From Acidimicrobiales bacterium (lineage in GTDB: Bacteria; Actinomycetota; Acidimicrobiia; Acidimicrobiales; Bin134): a stretch of 64,000 nucleotides of DNA. Both the position numbers and the translations under genes were made by a program. Below, in pieces: positions 62,319 through 64,000 of the stretch. How positions within the stretch are numbered: position 1 is the first letter of the stretch; every line of letters begins with the position of its first letter. The notes beneath the pieces were generated by a model. The model saw nothing but the letters and a program-made list of their open reading frames with translations. It was not told the DNA's origin and ran no database searches. Where the stretch lies: contig OZ220703.1 in NCBI GenBank assembly GCA_965116535.1, positions 961,545 to 1,025,544 on the forward strand, read 5' to 3'.

Positions 62319-64000
62319 ATGTCAGACAACGGTCCGGAGCTTTTGGGCAGCCGCTATCAGCTGCGAAATCAAATTGCCCGCGGCGGCATGACCGATGTTT
62401 TCCTGGGCCAGGACACCCTGCTTTCCCGTCCAGTGGCCATCAAGCGCTTATTCCCAGAATTTGCCACCGATCCGAGCTTTGTAGAGCGGTTCAGGCGGGA
62501 GGCCACCGCCGCGGCCAATCTCAGCCATCCCAACATTGTGGCGGTGTACGACTGGGGTTCGGCTGAAGGCACGTATTACATCGTCATGGAGTACATCGAG
62601 GGGAACAGCCTGGCTGAGCTGCTGCGTTCGGGAGGTCCCTTGGCTCCGGAACGGGCCGCGGGGATCGCCATGGATATGGCCGAGGCGCTGGGCTTCGCCC
62701 ACAGCAACGGGGTAATCCACCGGGATGTGAAACCGGGCAATGTGCTGCTGTCGCCCGACGGCCAGGTGAAGGTGACCGACTTCGGAATCGCCATCGTGGC
62801 GTTTGGTGGAGCGGAGGCGAATCTCACCCAAACCGGTGCGGTGATGGGCACGGCCACCTATTTCTCGCCGGAACAGGCCCAGGGGAAGCCTCTGGATCAT
62901 CGCAGTGATCTGTATTCGCTGGGAATCGTGCTGTACGAGATGCTTTGCGGGCGTCCTCCGTTCACCGGTGACACTTCGGTGGCGGTCGCCTACAAGCATG
63001 TGCAGCAAGCCGTGCCCACCCCATCGTCGTTGGGAGTAGTGCTGCCGGAGTCGCTGGAAGCCATTGCCATGAAGTTGTTGGCCAAGAACCCAGCGGAGAG
63101 ATACCCAGCGGCCAAGGATCTCAAGCGCGACTTACAGCGCTTCCGCGAGGGGCGCCATCAGCTGTCGGCGGTGCGCAAGCCGCCGGAGGCCCAACCAGCG
63201 GCCCCGCCTCCTCCGGAGAAGACGCCAGAGGAACTTCCCCCGCCCCAGCAGGCTGCTCCTCCACCATCGCCCAGTGGGCCTGTGCAGCCGCCGCCGGTGC
63301 AGCCGCCGCCGGTGGCCGTTCTGGAGCCCTCATCGCGGGCTGGGCTGTACACGGCGGCAACGGTGATCTTTATCGCGGTTGCAGTACTGGTGTTCTTCGT
63401 GCTGTCAAATGTGCTCGACAATGGTGATGATGCCGCTCCGCCCGCCGTAACCAGCACAGCTGTCCCGGTGATTTCTGTGCCCAATGTGGTGGGGTTGTCC
63501 AGTCAGTCGGCGATACGCGAGCTTCGTGCCGCTGGCTTTGTGGTCAGTCAAGTGTTCGAAGCCAGTGAAACGGTGGCCAGTAATTCGGTGATCTCCCAAT
63601 CGCCTGAAGCACAGTCTGAATTGGAGCAAGGAGCGGAAATAGAGATCACCGTCAGTTCGGGGGCGATTCCGGTGATTGTTCCGGGAGTGGTGGGTGAGAG
63701 TGCCAGCGACGCTGCCCGAATCTTGCAGGATCGAGGATTTGCCCCCGAATTGCAGGAGGTTGAGGGTTCCACTGCGCCGGCGGGACAAGTGTTGCGCCAA
63801 GAGCCCCCGGCGGGGAGCGAGGTTGCTCCTGGCAGTTCTGTGATGCTCTATGTGGCAGAGGGGGTCCAGGCCGTTCAAGTGCCTGACGTGGCAGGGATGA
63901 CGTTGTTGCGGGCAACACAGGTTTTGGTACAAGCCGGTTTGCAGGTGAGCGAAGAGATATTGGAGCAACCGTCCGATGACGTAGAAAAAGACTTGGTGAT
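62319..64000 (+). CDS. Ser/Thr protein kinase with PASTA repeats (PknB-like), 3' end beyond window
   Basis: Hand-translated; it is absent from the ORF track because no stop falls in the window. MSDNGPELLGSRYQLRNQIARGGMTDVF...VAIKR, HRDVKPGNVLL, DFGIA. A Pro-rich linker and a TM follow, then at least 3 PASTA-like repeats (VPNVVGL..., VPGVVGE..., VPDVAGM...). Confidence 0.9.
   Translation, partial: MSDNGPELLGSRYQLRNQIARGGMTDVFLGQDTLLSRPVAIKRLFPEFATDPSFVERFRREATAAANLSHPNIVAVYDWGSAEGTYYIVMEYIEGNSLAELLRSGGPLAPERAAGIAMDMAEALGFAHSNGVIHRDVKPGNVLLSPDGQVKVTDFGIAIVAFGGAEANLTQTGAVMGTATYFSPEQAQGKPLDHRSDLYSLGIVLYEMLCGRPPFTGDTSVAVAYKHVQQAVPTPSSLGVVLPESLEAIAMKLLAKNPAERYPAAKDLKRDLQRFREGRHQLSAVRKPPEAQPAAPPPPEKTPEELPPPQQAAPPPSPSGPVQPPPVQPPPVAVLEPSSRAGLYTAATVIFIAVAVLVFFVLSNVLDNGDDAAPPAVTSTAVPVISVPNVVGLSSQSAIRELRAAGFVVSQVFEASETVASNSVISQSPEAQSELEQGAEIEITVSSGAIPVIVPGVVGESASDAARILQDRGFAPELQEVEGSTAPAGQVLRQEPPAGSEVAPGSSVMLYVAEGVQAVQVPDVAGMTLLRATQVLVQAGLQVSEEILEQPSDDVEKDLV

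Overview
High-GC actinobacterial-type chromosome segment containing the replication-origin neighbourhood. The order from 30.5 to 50.3 kb is ECF sigma/anti-sigma, trxB, trxA, cwlM-like, parB, parA, parS, rsmG, jag, yidC, yidD, rnpA, rpmH | dnaA, dnaN, recF, DUF721, gyrB, gyrA, DUF3566, tRNA-Ile. This matches the known Mycobacterium tuberculosis oriC region (sigM...rpmH / dnaA...Rv0007). The left end (1-5.35 kb) is a nested, nearly identical tandem amplification of a two-domain glycine-betaine-type substrate-binding lipoprotein gene. It is followed on the minus strand by a co-directional array: catalytically degenerate rhomboid-like protein, arylsulfatase, Baeyer-Villiger monooxygenase, two P450s, an orphan Fe-type SBP and a methyltransferase. 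16.1-19.9 kb holds sigma/ZAS-like anti-sigma, a DUF2342 metalloprotease, tilS and hpt. 19.9-29 kb is a complete Tad/Flp-type pilus locus (CpaB, degenerate CpaE-like, CpaF, TadB, TadC, atypical Flp-like pilin, three TadE/G-like proteins). It ends in a 973-aa membrane protein that fuses two LysM domains to an OmpR-type winged helix plus a BTAD (SARP-like) domain. The right part (50.5-64 kb) has a putative TetR-controlled LLM/MaoC/SDR/CoA-transferase operon, pheA, larB-larC, and a coupled MBL-hydrolase/CMD/CMD trio. The last CMD (AhpD-like) gene has an in-frame TGA in a CxxC-type position followed by a SECIS-like hairpin, so it is a probable selenoprotein. After it come tRNA-Leu(CAG), a PP2C phosphatase and a PASTA Ser/Thr kinase cut by the window edge. 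No rRNA, CRISPR array, transposase or integrase was recognised. The many long ORFs antisense to recognisable genes are treated as high-GC artefacts.
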